Assembly: GCA_951406725.2 (NCBI GenBank)
Contig: OX597821.1
Coordinates: 99,324,001 to 99,388,000 of the forward strand
Reading direction: 5' to 3'
Length of the DNA stretch: 64,000 nucleotides
DNA from: Octopus vulgaris
Lineage: Eukaryota
Under the pieces are notes generated by a model. It was not told where the DNA came from. It saw only the letters and a program-made list of their open reading frames with translations, and did no database searches. This document shows positions 1 to 14,800 of this stretch, piece after piece. The stretch's first letter is position 1; each line of letters starts with the position of its first letter. Made by a program: the position numbers and the translations under genes.

Positions 1-1298
1 GAGCACCGCCTTTTGTTGAGCAAATCGACCCCAGGACGTATTCTTTGTAAGCCTAGTACTTATTCTATCGGTCTCTTTTGCTGAACCGTTAAGTTACGGC
101 AACGTAAACACACCTATTTCTTTACTACCTACAAGGGGCTAAACACAGACGGGACAAACAAGGACAGACAAACAGATTAAGTCAATTATATCAACCCCAG
201 TGTGTAACTGGTACTTATTTAATCGATCCTGAAAGGATGAAAGGCAAAGTCAACCTAGCGGCAGGTGAAATACTGCTAAGCATTTTGCCCGACATGCTAA
301 TGTTCTGCCAGCTTGCCACTTTACATAACACACACCACCATTGGTTGTCAAGCGATGGTGGGTGGACAAACACAGACACACAAACATACATATATATATA
401 TACAGATATACAACGGGCTTCCTTCTGTTTCTCTCTACCAAATCCACTCACAAGGCTTTGGTCAGCCCGAGGCTATAGTAGAAGACACTTGCCCAAGGTA
501 CCATGCAGTGGGACTGAACCCAGAACCATGTGGTTGGTAAGCAAGCTACTTACCACACAGCCACTCCTGCGCCTATATTTCATTGTTAATGAAATGTATG
601 TAAGATGTATTGAATAAACTAAAATTTGTCTCCATTTGGTATTATTTGCTCTTATTTATCTTCTAGACAATATGACCATTATTCAAGATTTGCTACGTTT
701 GTGATTAAAACCTTATTGATAATTCTGCTTTATAGTCTTATCTCAGATTTATCTGTTTTGCAGCTGTAAAAATTTTGCTTGATATCAAAAGCATAAGCAG
801 AAATAGCTAGGACTGTTGTACTCAGCTCAATCACCTCTCTCAGTAATATACATGAGAAAGGTAAGGCAAGGTGGCTGAACCATTAGCACTCCAGGCAAAA
901 TGTTTAGCAGCATTTTGTGTCTTTATGTTCTGGGTTCAAAACCCACTGAGGTTGACTTTGCCTTGCTTCTTTTCAGGGTCGATAAAATAAGTAGCAGTTG
1001 AGCACAGGGGTTGATGAAATTGACCCGCCCCCACTTCCCCTGAAATTACTGGCCATGTGCCAAAATTTGAAACCAACATACTTAAGAAAGGTATGTATGT
1101 TGTGTCAAACATTTTCTTACATTCTAAACATGTTTGATTTTGAACATATGTGGTGGTATATAACCTACCTACCAACCACATGGTTCCAGGTTCAGTCCCA
1201 CAGCATGGCACCTTGGGCAAGTGTCTTCTACTATAGCCTCGGGGAGACTGAAGCCTTGTGAGTGGATTTGGTAGACGGAAACTGAAAGAAGCCTGTCG

Positions 1299-1355
<57 letters not shown>

Positions 1356-1612
1356 ATGCGTGTCGTATATATGAGTATGTGTGTGTGTGTCTGTGTTTGT
1401 TTCCCCAACATTGCTTGACAACCAATGCTGGTGTGTTCACGCCCTGCCCCTAACTTAGTGGTTCAGCAAAAGAGACTGATAGAATAAGTACTAGGCTTAC
1501 AAAGAATAAGTCCTGGGGTCGATTTGCTCGACTAAAGGCGGTGCTCCAGCATGGCCGCAGTCAGATGACTGAAACAAGTAAAAGAGAGTAAAGAGTAAAA
1601 ATCAAATGTATT

Positions 1613-2125
1613 GAAATGAGGCTAACATGCTCTGCTGGATGGGTAATGCCAGTGTGCATGTATGACAGAGTGTAATGATTTAAGAGGAAAACTGGGTATA
1701 AGAGGCATCAGATATTGTGTGCAGGAGATAAGACTGCACTGGTTTGGTCATGTGATGCATATGGATGATGACAGTTGCATAAAGAATTGCCAAGCTCAAA
1801 TTGTGGAGGGTAGCTGTGGAATGGGTGAACCCAGGAAGACATGGGACAAAGTGGTGAGAAAAGATCTTTGGATGCTGAGTTTCACTGAGGAAATGGCAAG
1901 GGAGCAGGAGATGTGGAAATTTGCTGTATTTGATAAAATGCGTCAAACTAAGTAAAATTGATCTTCCACACATGCAGGTTTGTCCTTTCAGATGCCAGTG
2001 CCACATTAAAACCACTCGTTTCAGTGATGTGTAAATGCACCTGTGCCAGTGGCACGTTACAAAAAACACCCAGCACACTCTGTTAAGTGATTAGCATTGG
2101 GAAAGGTATCCAGGCGTAGAAACCA
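1613..2125 (+). mobile_element. Diverged RTE LINE 3' fragment
   Basis: ORF 1662-1955 RLHWFGHVMHM...GEPRKTW aligns with the RTE ORF at 58747-59250. Confidence 0.85.
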
Positions 2126-2476
2126 TTCAATTGAACAAACAACGGAATCCTCACCACCAAACGACGGAGATTCCTCTCCAGTTTATAATCATAGCTTTTT
2201 TTTTTCTTTTTTTTTGATTAATCAGGAAGAATGGAATGCAAAGTGAGTGTAAATGAACGGGATACCACACAGTATATTTAGATCAGTTACAAATTTTGAA
2301 ATTATGGAAAACATATGGAAAATAAATATCTTGATTAATAAAAGGTGGAGAAAAATCTAATTTGATATTCACTGCAGACGATAATTTCAGAACTGGTTTA
2401 CATTAGCTACATTTGGTTCACAGTCCCTACAAGGTATTATTGAGGCAGGGAACCTTTGGTGTGGGTTGTTATTAAT

Positions 2477-2558
2477 ATGGCGGCATACACTGTAATTTTG
2501 TTTATTTTTTCGGTGCAGCTGACTCTTTGTTTATGTAATGAAAATGATTTACCAAACG
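2477..2558 (+). CDS. TXNDC12: TXNDC12 exon 1 (signal peptide)
   Basis: ATG GCG..., MAAYTVILFIFSVQLTLCLCNENDLPN+G, donor gtaatt; phase 1 matches exon 2. Confidence 0.85.
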
Positions 2559-2755
2559 GTAATTTTATAATTTACTAGCTTTTATTTTTAGCATTTTCTT
2601 GTCTAATTGTGATTGTAATTATCCATGTAATTTTTCTCTCCTTTTCTCTCAATATATATATATACACACACAAACACACATATATATATATATACATACA
2701 CACAAACACACACACACATATATATATATACATACACACACACATATATATATAT

Positions 2756-2800
<45 letters not shown>

Positions 2801-2813
2801 TATATATATATAT

Positions 2814-2848
<35 letters not shown>

Positions 2849-5800
2849 CATACACACACACACCTAATTATACACTCGCATCGCGCTTAATTTTTTACCT
2901 CGAACGAGAGAAAAGTACCAAATATATTCTTTGTTGTAGGTTATAATTATTTAACTCCGAGTAGCAATACAGAATTTACCCCTTGCACTGTAAGTTCTTG
3001 TAACAGGGAGTGCTTCCCTGCCGAATTTACTACTCCGGCATGAATATAAGCTACAGTTTATATTTAATACATAATGCAACTTCAATGTGAGAATTATTAA
3101 ATTTGAAAGCAAACTGTGTGATAAGATTAAAGGCATTCCTTGGAGGCGGAGGTAAAGAATACGCACACCACCCGTTTTCGGCGTGCGAATTCTTTACTTT
3201 CGCTTCTTCCGAAATAATGCTTAAATTGTGGTTATCGGTGCGGTGCTTACCCAGCACACCTTTAATATATGTCCCTATAGAATTTATTTTTTTCGTTATG
3301 TTTGACAAATTGAAGAATATCCAGGAATCTAATGGCTTGATTTGCGAGAAAGGAAATAGTCGGAGACATAATGAAAGTACCATTTATAGATTAAGAGAAA
3401 ATGTTGAGCAGATAGTCATGGCTGGGTCACATGCTTTGGTCCCAGCCCGAAGGCCGGCTAATACCGTTAAACAGTAAAATGGTTTATTCGAGGTACCTGA
3501 GTAAGTGGTGGAAGACGTAAGCTTTCTTGTTTGAGAAGAATACAAAAGAAAAGAGATCAAAAGTGAGCAGGGCTGAAATAGAGGCACAGAATAAGCAAGA
3601 TTAGTGAGATTACGTGGCGGTCTTTGAGTGCAGTGGAATTAGGGTTATTTGACAGTTAAAATCACACTGCTATTAATACCCACACAATGTGTAATATTTG
3701 TTGTTTTTGTAATTGTCGGAACTAATTAAGGTGCTTTGTTTTTGTGTTAATTTCGTTGTCAGATAGCGATCGCCGGTCGACCTGACCCACTAGATAAACA
3801 TAGTTGCCGGTTACACGATGTCGAAAGTTATTCCTTTTAGTCAATGTCGGATTTAGGCTTGTTAAACCCTTATATAGTTTATAAGGCTTGGGAGCTATTT
3901 GATAAAAAATTACACCAGAAGGTCTTGCGAAATTTTAAAAAATGCTTTTTATGTTATTTTAAAAATTATTTTGAAGTACCAGCAGATTGTGAGGCCTTAA
4001 GCTGTAAGCTTGTTTAGCTTATACCTAAATTAAACCTCAATTGCACATCTGAATATACACTTTTTATAACGGTTTCATAATAAATTTCCTCAAATCGGTC
4101 ACATTTTCCTGTGTTTCACCAAAAAAGCTATTTGAAATTTATTTTTATCGCACAGGAATCTTTTTATTTTTTTTTTAAAAAAAGCTCCTTAAATCTTAAA
4201 CGTATTTATGTAATTTTACACACACACACATACTTTTGGCTGTGTAATTTTTTTATCAAATAGTTCCCAAGCCTTATAAACTATATAAGGGTTTAACAAG
4301 CCTAAATATATTGCGCTGGTATGGTCATGTGGCGAGAATGGATGTGGATATCTGTGTGAAAAAGTGCCACACCCTAGCAGTTGAGGAAACCTGTGGAAGA
4401 GGTAGACCCAAGAAGACCTGAGATGAGATGGTGAAGCATGACCTTCTCACATTGGGCCTCACTGAGGCAATGACTAGTGACCGGGGCCTCTGGAAATATG
4501 CTGTGCTTCAGAAGACTCGGCAAGCACAAGTGTGACCATAACCTTGTGGACTATGCTAGGGGTGTAACCAGTCCACTCATGCGTGCCTTTTCTTCATTGA
4601 ACACTAAACTCTTCTTGCAAAGACCAGTTGAGGCAAGTGAAATCAAAGTCGAAGTCTGGCAACCGTTGCTAGTGGAGCGCTAAGTGTACCATCCAAGCGT
4701 GATCGTTGCCAGAGCAACAAGCTGGCCTTCGTGCCGATGACATGTTAAACACACCATTCGAGCGTGATCGTTACCGCGTCGCCTTACTAGCACTTGTGCT
4801 AGTGGCATGTGAAACATTCAAGCGAGATCATCGCCAGTGTCGCTGGACTGGCTCCTGTGCAGGTGGCACACAAAAAGCACCATTTGGGCGTGGCCGTTGC
4901 CAGTTCCACCAAACTGGCCCTCGTGCCGGTGGCATGTAAAAGCACCCACTACACCCTCGGAGTGGTTGGCGTTAGGAAGGGCTTCCAGCTGTAGAAACTC
5001 TGCCAGATCAGATTGGAGTTTGGTTCGCCAGACCTCAGTCAAATCGTCCAACCCATACTAGCATGGAAAGTGGACGTTAAATGATGATGAAGATGATATA
5101 GGTTTGGTAGAACAAACAGAAGTAGCACTCAACGCATGAGTACACATACTTCTTTTACACACTCCTAATCGGCACAAAGCTACAAAAGCAATTCAAATGG
5201 CTCTTCGCAAACTGTTTTATCAAACTATGTAGATATACAGTCCCATTCAGCATAAACCTTTTTAGATATTTGCATGCTCTACTGCTTCCTATGTTTAATT
5301 TGTATGGCTATTACTAAAGAAGGCGAGCTCTTAGGTAAATTTATTGGATTTGTGTCACAATCGTTAATTATGTACTTGCTTCCTGATTACACTATGTCTT
5401 ACACATTCATATACCAAAAAAATTTTTTTTGAAATTGTGTGGATAGTGCAGGCATGGCTGTTATAAGAACTTTGCTTCTCAACCACATTTTTCTGGGTTC
5501 AGTCCCACTGCATGACACCTTGGCCAAATGTCTTCTAATGCAGCCTCAGACCAAAGCTTTGTGAATGGATTTGGTAGGCAGAAACTGAAAGAAGCCCGTC
5601 TTTATATATATATATATAAATATATATATAGATAGATAGATAGTTGTTTGTCCCCCACCCCTGCTTGACAACTGGTGTGTTACCTCCCTATAAGATAGCG
5701 GTTTGACAAGAGGAGACTGATAGAATAAGTACCAGGCTTTAAAAAATATGTATTGAAGTTGATTCATTCAACTAAAAAAAAAACAGAAAACTGCAAGCAT

Positions 5801-8800
5801 GGTTGCAGTCCAGTGACTGAAACAAGGATAAAAACAAAAAAAAAACAACAAAAAAACAAGTATTATCTGATTTAAATATTTTATTTCTACTAGGCGCAGG
5901 AGTGGCTGTCTGGTAAGTAGCTTCCTTACCAACCACATGGTTCAGTCCCACTGTTTACCAACCACACTGGGTTCAGTCCCACTGTGTGGCACCTTGGGCA
6001 AGTGTCCTCTACTATAGCCTCGGGCTGAACAAAGCCTTTTGAGTGGATTTGGTAGACGGAAACTGAAAGAAGCCCATCGTATATATGTGTATGTGTGTAT
6101 ATATATATATATATATCTACACGGAGTGGTTGGCATTAGGAAGGGCATCCAGCTGTAGAAACACTGCCAGATCTGACTGGGCCTGATGAAGCCTTCTGGC
6201 TTCACAGACCCCAGTTGAACCGTCCAACATGGAAAACGGACGCTAAACGATGATGATGATGATATATATATATGTATGTGTGTGTACGTGTTTGTCCCGC
6301 CCAACATCACTTGACAACTGATGCTAGTGTGTTTATGTCCCCATAACTTAGTGGTTCGGCACTTTGGACTGTGTTGTAAAAATTCTGTTGCTCCAGCCTT
6401 ACAGATAAGAGACAAGTAGTACTTCAAAGACAATTAATGATGTAGTTTAGAGATGAAGAACCATTTGCTTCTTTCTTGTAAATTCTTTGGCAGAATAAGA
6501 CTAATTATAAAATTACTGTTTCTAGAGACAGACACTACTTTTGATTTTTAATTTTTTTTTTTGTTGTAGCTGAGCAATTTCTCACCTGCTGGTAATTATT
6601 TGGCCATTCAAGTGCAAAATAATTTGATAATAAATAGCTCCCATTAAGCTTGCCTTTCACTATTGAATTTAGAACTGTGTTATATAAAACAACATTATAT
6701 TGTTGTACCATTGTGCTGGTTAAGTGACACTAAAACTGACAGGTTAATGGGTATATTGTTACACATTCTCTTTCTCTCAAGGCCTTGAATATTTTGTCTT
6801 GGACTAGCCTCAAATTCTTGTTTATTTTATATATATATATATGTAATGTATATATTGCAATGAAATGATACCACCTTGGTAATTAGGTGTACTGATTTCA
6901 CCTTCAACTTGAACTTCTGGTCTTGAAACATTCATGATCAAATTAGGGGGAAAACAACATTTCTCTTTTTTGCAGTTTCAGGAGAAAAACATATTCTCTC
7001 GTTTATTTATTTATTCTTTTTCTTTCTGTTTTTGCAGTATTTAAATAAAAATTTTGTCTGCTCATGGGGAAATATTACAGCCCTATATATGTGTGTGTAT
7101 ACAGATATATACAATTATATACATACATGTGTGTGCATTTGTGTACACATACATGCACACACACACGTGTGTATGTATATATTTCTGTGTGGTTAAGCTT
7201 GGTTTGCAACTATGTGGTTCTGGTTTCAGACCCACTGTGTGTCTCACTGGACAAGTGTTTTCTATTTAGCTCTAGGCTGACCAATGCCTTGTGGGTGAAT
7301 TTGGTAGACAGAAACCTTGTGAAAGCACATCATGTATGTGTGTGTGTGTATATATATATATACACACACATATATCATCATCATTTAATGTAACATCTGT
7401 TGTCCATGCTTGTATGGGTTAGATGGTTTGACCAGGGCTGGCAAATTGAAAGGCTACACTAGACTCCAGTCTGTTTAGGTATGGTTTCTACAGCAGGATA
7501 CCCTTCCTAACACCAACCACTCCGAGAATGTAATGGGTGCTTTTACATGCCACCAGCATGGGTGCCATTTGTGTGACACACCGGTATCTGCCACGACTGT
7601 GGTTTCACTTGGCTTGATGGATCTTCTTGTCAAGCATGGCATAATACCAAATGGACTTGGTCATTGCTTCTGCGAGGCCCAATGCTTGAAGCCCAGCATA
7701 ATGCCAAATGGTCTTGGTCCTTGCCTTCTTGAGACCCAATTCTCAAAAGGTGCTTTTACATGCCACCAGTACAGGTACTATGTGTGACACTGGTAACTTA
7801 CACGGCTGCGATTTTACTTGGCTTGATGGGTTTTCTTCTTAAGCACAACATAATGCCAAAGGTCTCAGTCATTGCCTCTGTGAGGCCCAACACGTGAAAG
7901 GAGCTCAACCATCAAGCTCAATGCTTGAAAGGTGCTTTTTATGTGATACCAGCATTAGCCATGGCTGCGATATATATATATCGTAGAGTGGCTGTGTGGT
8001 AAGTAGCTTGCTTACAAACCACATGATTCTGGGTTCAGTCCCACTGCGTGGCACCTTGGGCAAGTGTCTTTGTGAGTAGATTTGGTAGACGGAAACCGAA
8101 AGAAGCCCATCGTATATATGTATGTGTGTGTGTATATACTTGTGTATCTGTGTTTGTCCCCCCAACATCGCTTGACAACCGATGGTGGTGTGTTTACGTC
8201 CTTAGCAGTTCAGCAAAAGAGACCGATAGAATAAGTCCTGGGGTCGATTTGCTTGACTAAAAGTGGTGCTCCAGCATGGCCACAGTCAAATGACTGAAAC
8301 AAGTAAAAGAGTACAGAGAGAGTAAAAGAGAGTGTGTGTGTGTGTATCTCAGACTGGAGCCTAGTGCAGCTCTCCAGCTCTGATCAGATAAAAAAAATAA
8401 ATACATCATATATAGTTTTGTATAAATTATATGTAAAATTGCTTTAAGACCGACTCTATTTGTAATTTTATAAGTTCTGTCTTTTCAATATCTAACCATA
8501 TCCAATCTTCAGATTGATATTTTATTATAAACAGATACTGTTGATATTTTATTATTATAAACAAAGAATGTAGAACCACAGTTTGAGTTGAGAGATAATT
8601 CATTGAAGGCTGACCTATTTTCTGATATATCAGTAATTTTAGTCTCATCATTAGGGTCAGGCCATTGTTTGATATAATTTCAATAAACTGCAGAGCTGTT
8701 CAAATAAAAATGATGGCTTCCACTGCGATTTCTGTGGCTCTCTTTCCCAGCTGTGTCAATATTAGTATTGAATTTTGAGTCTACATAGAATGATTTTTCT

Positions 8801-11800
8801 TCTCTACTTTGTTAAACATTATTGACATAGCTATATTCAAAAGGATGTCATCATATTTTCAGCTTAGACTAACATCATTGTCCTTTCATTGTCATTTGAC
8901 ATCCACTTTTCCATGCTGGCAGATTTTCTATGGTCGGATGCTCTTCCTGTCATCAACCCTCACCTGTTTCCAGGTAAGGTAATATTTCTCCATGGAAGAC
9001 TGGAAACAAGCAACAGTGTTTCTATGATGATGATGATACTCATTTTCAACTATTTCACGTTGTCAAGGCAAAGGTACACACCCACACATAGTGTACTGTT
9101 CTGTGATGATAAGATCAACAAATAAAGTACTCTATCTGGTGAGAGATCAGAACTAGAGAAGAAGTTTCAAGTGTGGAAGCAAGGTCTAGAATGGAAGGGC
9201 CTTTGGGTTAACCTAACAAAGACCAAAATCTTATTAGCAAAGCAGACAAATCACAAATCCCTTCACGTAGATCATCTTGCTCAATCACTAGAAAAGGTGT
9301 AGGTAGAAATTCCTTAAGATGTACTTGGTGTAAGCCATGGACACAAGAAGTGCAGCAATATCAGAGGAAGGTTAACAGGGAAGTTAGTTTTTGTGTGTGG
9401 AAGGTGTACACATGCAATTAACACTAAAAATTTTCAGAAAATAAATTTCATCACATGCTAGGGGGAAAAACTATAAGTAGTTGATAGCTTTCATTACCTA
9501 GGTAGCTAAGTCAGTAGCAGGGGTGGATGCTCTGAGAGCGTAGCCGCTAGAATAAGAATAGGCTGGGCAAAGTTCAATGTTTATGATTGTTCTTGTTCAA
9601 AAGTGTGTACTTGCACATGGCTCAGTGGTTAGAGTGTCAAGCTTACGATTGTGAGGTTGTGAGCTTGAATCCCGGACCAGACTGCGTGTTGTATTCTTGA
9701 GCAAGGCACTTTATTTCACGTTGCTCCAGTTCACTCAGCTGTAGAAATGAGTTGTGATGTCACAGATGCCAAGCTGTATTGGCCCTTGCCTTTCCCTTGG
9801 ATAACACTGCTGGCGTGGAAAGAGGAAGCCAGTATGCATGAGCGACTGCTGGTCTTCCATAAACAACCTTGCCCGGACTTGTGCCTGGGAGGGTAGCTTT
9901 CTGGGTGCAATCCCATGGTCAGTGTCGTGACCGAAGGGGGTCATATATGTTCAAAAGTGTGTACTTGCTCATATGTAGGCATGTCAGCAAGTTAGTGTTT
10001 GTCTGTACATGAATACACATGTATGCATATACACACTAGAAGTAAGTTTTAAGACTATCCTGAAGCTGCCATTAGCTAAAGAGACTAAAGAGAGGTAATC
10101 ATTTATCTGATAGTGTTCAGTTTAGATTGCATTTGGCTGATGAGACTGAAAAAGTTTGAAACCATCAACTGCTCGAAACCTTTACATTTTGGAGGTCTTT
10201 TCAACCTCTTTAATTATATTTTCTTTATTACTGTTAACCATATCAGTATATTTGTCATTTTTTTTTTATGTCTTTGGTAACCGACATTTTATATTAATTA
10301 GTATGAAGAAGATAATTAAAATATAACAAATTATCATTATTATTAATTCTTCCAGGATGGGGTGACAATATAGCTTGGCATAATCTTCAAGATGGATTAA
10401 AGAAATCTAAAAAGCAGTGAGTGTATTTCATTCTTAAAATTTATGATTATTTTTCATTTTCCCTATTATTTAATAAATTTTTATACACAGACGTCTAATA
10501 TGTGACCTCAATCTGTTAGACTCTATCACTTATCAAAATTTATAATTTGTATTTTACCCATTTATTTTAATACTTATTGGTGTGGATATAGCAGAGTAGT
10601 TACCAAACGAAGGTGGCGAGCTGGCAGAAACATTAGCATGCCGGGCGTAATGCGTAGCCGTATTTCATCTGCCGCTACATTCTGAGTTCAAATTCCGCCG
10701 AGGTCGACTTTGCCTTTCATCCTTTCAGGGTTGATTAAATAAGTACCAGTTATGCACTGGGGTCGATATAATCGACTTAATCCGTTTGTCTGTCCTTGTT
10801 TGTCCCCTCTGTGTTTAGCCCCTTGTGGGTAGTAAAGAAATAAGAGTAGTTACTAAATTTATGTTGCAACTATGTAGTTTCATGTTCAATCCCACTGCAT
10901 GGCACCTTAGTCAAGTGTCTTCTACTACAGTCCTGAGCCAACCAAAGCCTTGTGAGTAGATGGAAACTGTATAGAGCCTGTATAGATGTATATGTGTGTG
11001 AGTGGCATTAGGAAGGGTATCCAGCTGCAAAAACCCTGCCAAAGCAGTCACTGAAACTCAACACACTCTTTTGATGAGTCAAATCCTGTTGAGCTGTCCA
11101 ATGCTCACCAGCATGGAAGATGAGCACTGCATCCTTCAAAACTTCCTTCTTGAGATTCGCCAACACTACACCTGATTTTCTCCCCTCCATACACTGTTCG
11201 CTTTCCAGACATTTGCACATTTCTGCATATACTTTATACGCACTTTTTGACAAGTTGTGGTGCACCTGAGCACTGTTTACAATAATTTCATTATATATAT
11301 ATGAATGTTAAACAATATGATGTATGTGTGGGTGTTTGTATGTATGTTGACATTAAGCATCTTCACTTGTTACTGCTTGAGTGAAATAGGGATATGATGC
11401 TTACGTACCCTGTTAACCTCTTTGTTACCTTACTTCTGTAGATATACACTGCATTCGTTTCAATTAGTGTTGAAAGTAATGAAGAATTTAGTAAAATAAC
11501 TTTGTCATTATTATTAAGCTGGTGTTTGGAACAAAACATGAAATTTTGATGGACAGTTTTAATACAGATGACTTTAAAACAGAAAGTTTGAATCTTAGAA
11601 TTAGGGGTGGTCTGAGGTGGGTTGATATCAAAAGGGTTTACAGCATGACTAGTTACTCTATACATTTGAAGATTAGTGGAATCACAAGGGACGTTGTTTG
11701 AGGTAATGAGCAGGATGGCCTGGTCATTATGAGAACACCTTTGATCATAGGTTTGATAAGAGCTGATTTGGTGCTAAACACCAACAAAAAGCACACATTT

Positions 11801-14800
11801 GGAGTTAATTTCTCTTGCAGTTGAGAGATAAATTTCATATCCATAGATGCAGCATTGGTGACATGGTACCAACTGTCTTTTTTTCAGCTATTCAGTGTCC
11901 TGTCAACCAGTCACAACCTCATTCGTGTCCACACACACCCCTAAATATTGGATCACCAGTCTGTAGATCCTGAGTTCAAATTGAACTATATTATGTTGTT
12001 GTTTATATCCAGTCAGTCTTGATTGAAGAAACCTCTGATCATGATGTTTCATTTATGTCCTTCGTGTCGCTTATTCATGCATGGTATATATCATTATTTG
12101 ATGAAGGGCCATGAACCACAAGAAGACAGATGTTCTCTGTGTGTCTCAGACTGAAACTAAAAATTTTTCAATGTATTTGCAAGTCTTTGAACAGTTGATG
12201 GCTTTTGTGACGATTTGCTGTACTTGAAAAAATGCTTCAAGCTAAATAAAATCAGTCTTCCATACATACAGGCTTGTCCTTTCAGGTGCTGGTGCTGCAT
12301 GAATGCACCCATGCCAGTGTCACATAAAATGTACCCAGCACACTCTGTTAAGTGTTTTGCATTAGGAAGGAGATCCAGCTGTAGAAACAATGCTACAACA
12401 GACAATTGGAGTCTGGCTAGCTCTATTTAAACCATCCGACTCATGACAACATGGAAAAAAGACATTAAACGATGATGATGTATAAAAATTTGATTAATTT
12501 AATTTTCTCACCCTTTACCAGCTAATTATCCTTATTTCCTTTTTAAATTTCAGGAATAAACCTTTGATGTTTATCCTTCATAAAGCATGGTGTGGAGCTT
12601 GTAAAGGTAAAAATAAACATTATTAATTCTTAAAATAAATTTGAAATGTTAATGTTTATGTTTTTACTATTAGGAAGGGCATACAGCTGTAAAAACCATG
12701 GCAAAACAGTGAAGCCTGGTGCAGTCTCTGGCTTGCCAGCTCCTGTTAAACTGTCCAACCCATGCCAGCATGGAAAATGGACGTTAAATGATGAATGATG
12801 ATGGTTATGTTCTTTTGGTTGGCCTTTCATCATCTATGAGGAATTTTTGAAATTTGCTAGTTCCATTGAAAACTCTGCTTTCAAAATTTAATTCTTGTTA
12901 AAAATTATTTTCTTGTTTTGTTTTAGCTTTGAAACCAAAATTTGCTGACTCTGAAGAAATTGGTGAACTTAGTAAAGAATTTATAATGGTGAATTCTCCT
13001 GTACGTTGGTATTATTTTTCTTATATTTTGTATTGACCATTATTACTGGAAGGTGTTGCTGTATGATAGAACTTGTTTCGGTTTTCAGAAGATTCGGGTT
13101 GTTAAGAGACACATCTGTCTTTTCATTTGTTTAATGTCCTTTTTTCATGCTGGTATGGGTTGGATTTCTTTTATTCTTTTACTTGTTTCAGTCATTTGAC
13201 TGCAGTCATGCTGGAGCACTGCTTTAAGGAGTTTTAATCAAAGTATTAACTATGCTTGACATTGCTTAACTTCAATAATCAGAACTAAGCCAGTGTTTTC
13301 AGTGGGATATGTTTGAAAAAAAAAGGTTAAACTGTTAAACAAATTGGTAAGTTATATTATAAATACAATAAATAATCATAGCTAAGAGAGCTGGTTTATT
13401 CATAGGAACAGTGGTCAATTATCCTAACACCAACACCATGTTCCCAACAAAACATTACATCTCACTCAACTTAGATGGGTATGAACTGCTTGGGAAACTT
13501 AGGTGCCATAAGCTTCTTCAGATTTTCTGTGTTTCCTGGTTTTAGACTAGGTTCATTGTATCCTTGTGTGTTGCAAAGAGTGACAAAAAGAGTTGGCAAC
13601 AATAAGGACATCTGGCTGTAAAACACTACCTCAAAATTGAATTCAGCCTGGCTCATGCCAGCATAGAGGAATCAGATGTAAGATGATAATGATTACCTAG
13701 CTTTGCTCATATACAAAGAGTGGATGAAATTGATTATAATTTTGTATTTTAATCCTTTAATGACAAACATTGTACTATGATTCGTATATTGTACAAATGA
13801 GCTGACTTAATTCTCACCCTACTATTTGTCATATTACCCTTCAGTATAATCTTAATCTTAGATGTAACTGAAAACAAATCTTAAAATTTCAAGTTTCTGT
13901 CTACAAAAAAACTGTCTCTAAAGCCAATGGTTTTTAAACCAACAAATATCAGTATCCTTCCCCACCATAATGAAAATTTTTTGCACCTCTCCCTTTCTTT
14001 ATTAATGAGATGACATAATAAAATTTGTATCCGAACATTGCTGTGTGGTTAAGAAGCTTGCTTTCCAATCTCGTGGTCTTAGGTTCAGTCCCACTGTGCA
14101 GTACCTTGGGCAAGTGTCTTCTAAAACTGTCCCAGGCTGACCAAACCCTTGTAAGTGGATTTGGGATACAGAAACTGAAAGAAGCCTATCATATGTATGC
14201 ATGTATATATGTGTGTTCATGTGTACCCTTGTCTTGACATTATATGATGATTGTAAATGAGTATCACCATCATACAAGTGACATTATTCACATATCTTCT
14301 TCCATGAAGAACATATCTGGCCATGGGGAAATATTACCTTGCTTGGAAGCAGGTGAGGGTTGGTGACAGGAAGGGCATCCAACTGTGGAAAACATACCTC
14401 AACAAAGTCCACCTGACCTACACAAGTGTGGAAAAAGTGGACATTGAAATAATGATGATAATGATATTCTTTCTTCATTCAGGTGTTTGACAAGTTTGAA
14501 AAACAAGAAACCATCTTTTATGCTTTTACTCTTTTACTTGTTTCAGTCATTTGACTGTGGCCATGCTGGAGCACTGTCTTTAGTCAAGCAAATTGACCCA
14601 GGACTTACTCTTTGTAAGCCTAGTACTTATTCTATCGGTCTCTTTTGCCAAACCGCTAAGTTAGGAGGGAGGGGGCGTAAACACACCAGCATCGGTTGTC
14701 AAGCAATGTTGGGGAGACAAACACAGACACACAAACATATACACATATATACGATGGGCTTCTTTCAGTTTCCGTCTACCAAATCCATTAACAAGGCTTT

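Noticed and set aside
215-1440. ORFs with YIYI/THTH runs and '[12 protein letters not shown]' or 'AIVEDTCPR' motifs, recurring across the window
   Set aside because: These are translations of SINE family A and microsatellites, not genes.
3051-3587. Overlapping 67-124 aa ORFs in TXNDC12 intron 1
   Set aside because: No recognisable domain or splice support.
6181-6200. CTGATGA/CTGACGA in RTE-tail copies (also 55951 and 59754) and CTGATGA at about 42494
   Set aside because: These are variants of repeat sequence or lack a properly placed stem II and GAAA.
8710-8778. Alternative TXNDC12 first exon (ATGATGGCTTCC...)
   Set aside because: In-frame stop and no suitable donor; 2477-2558 gives a signal peptide in the correct phase.
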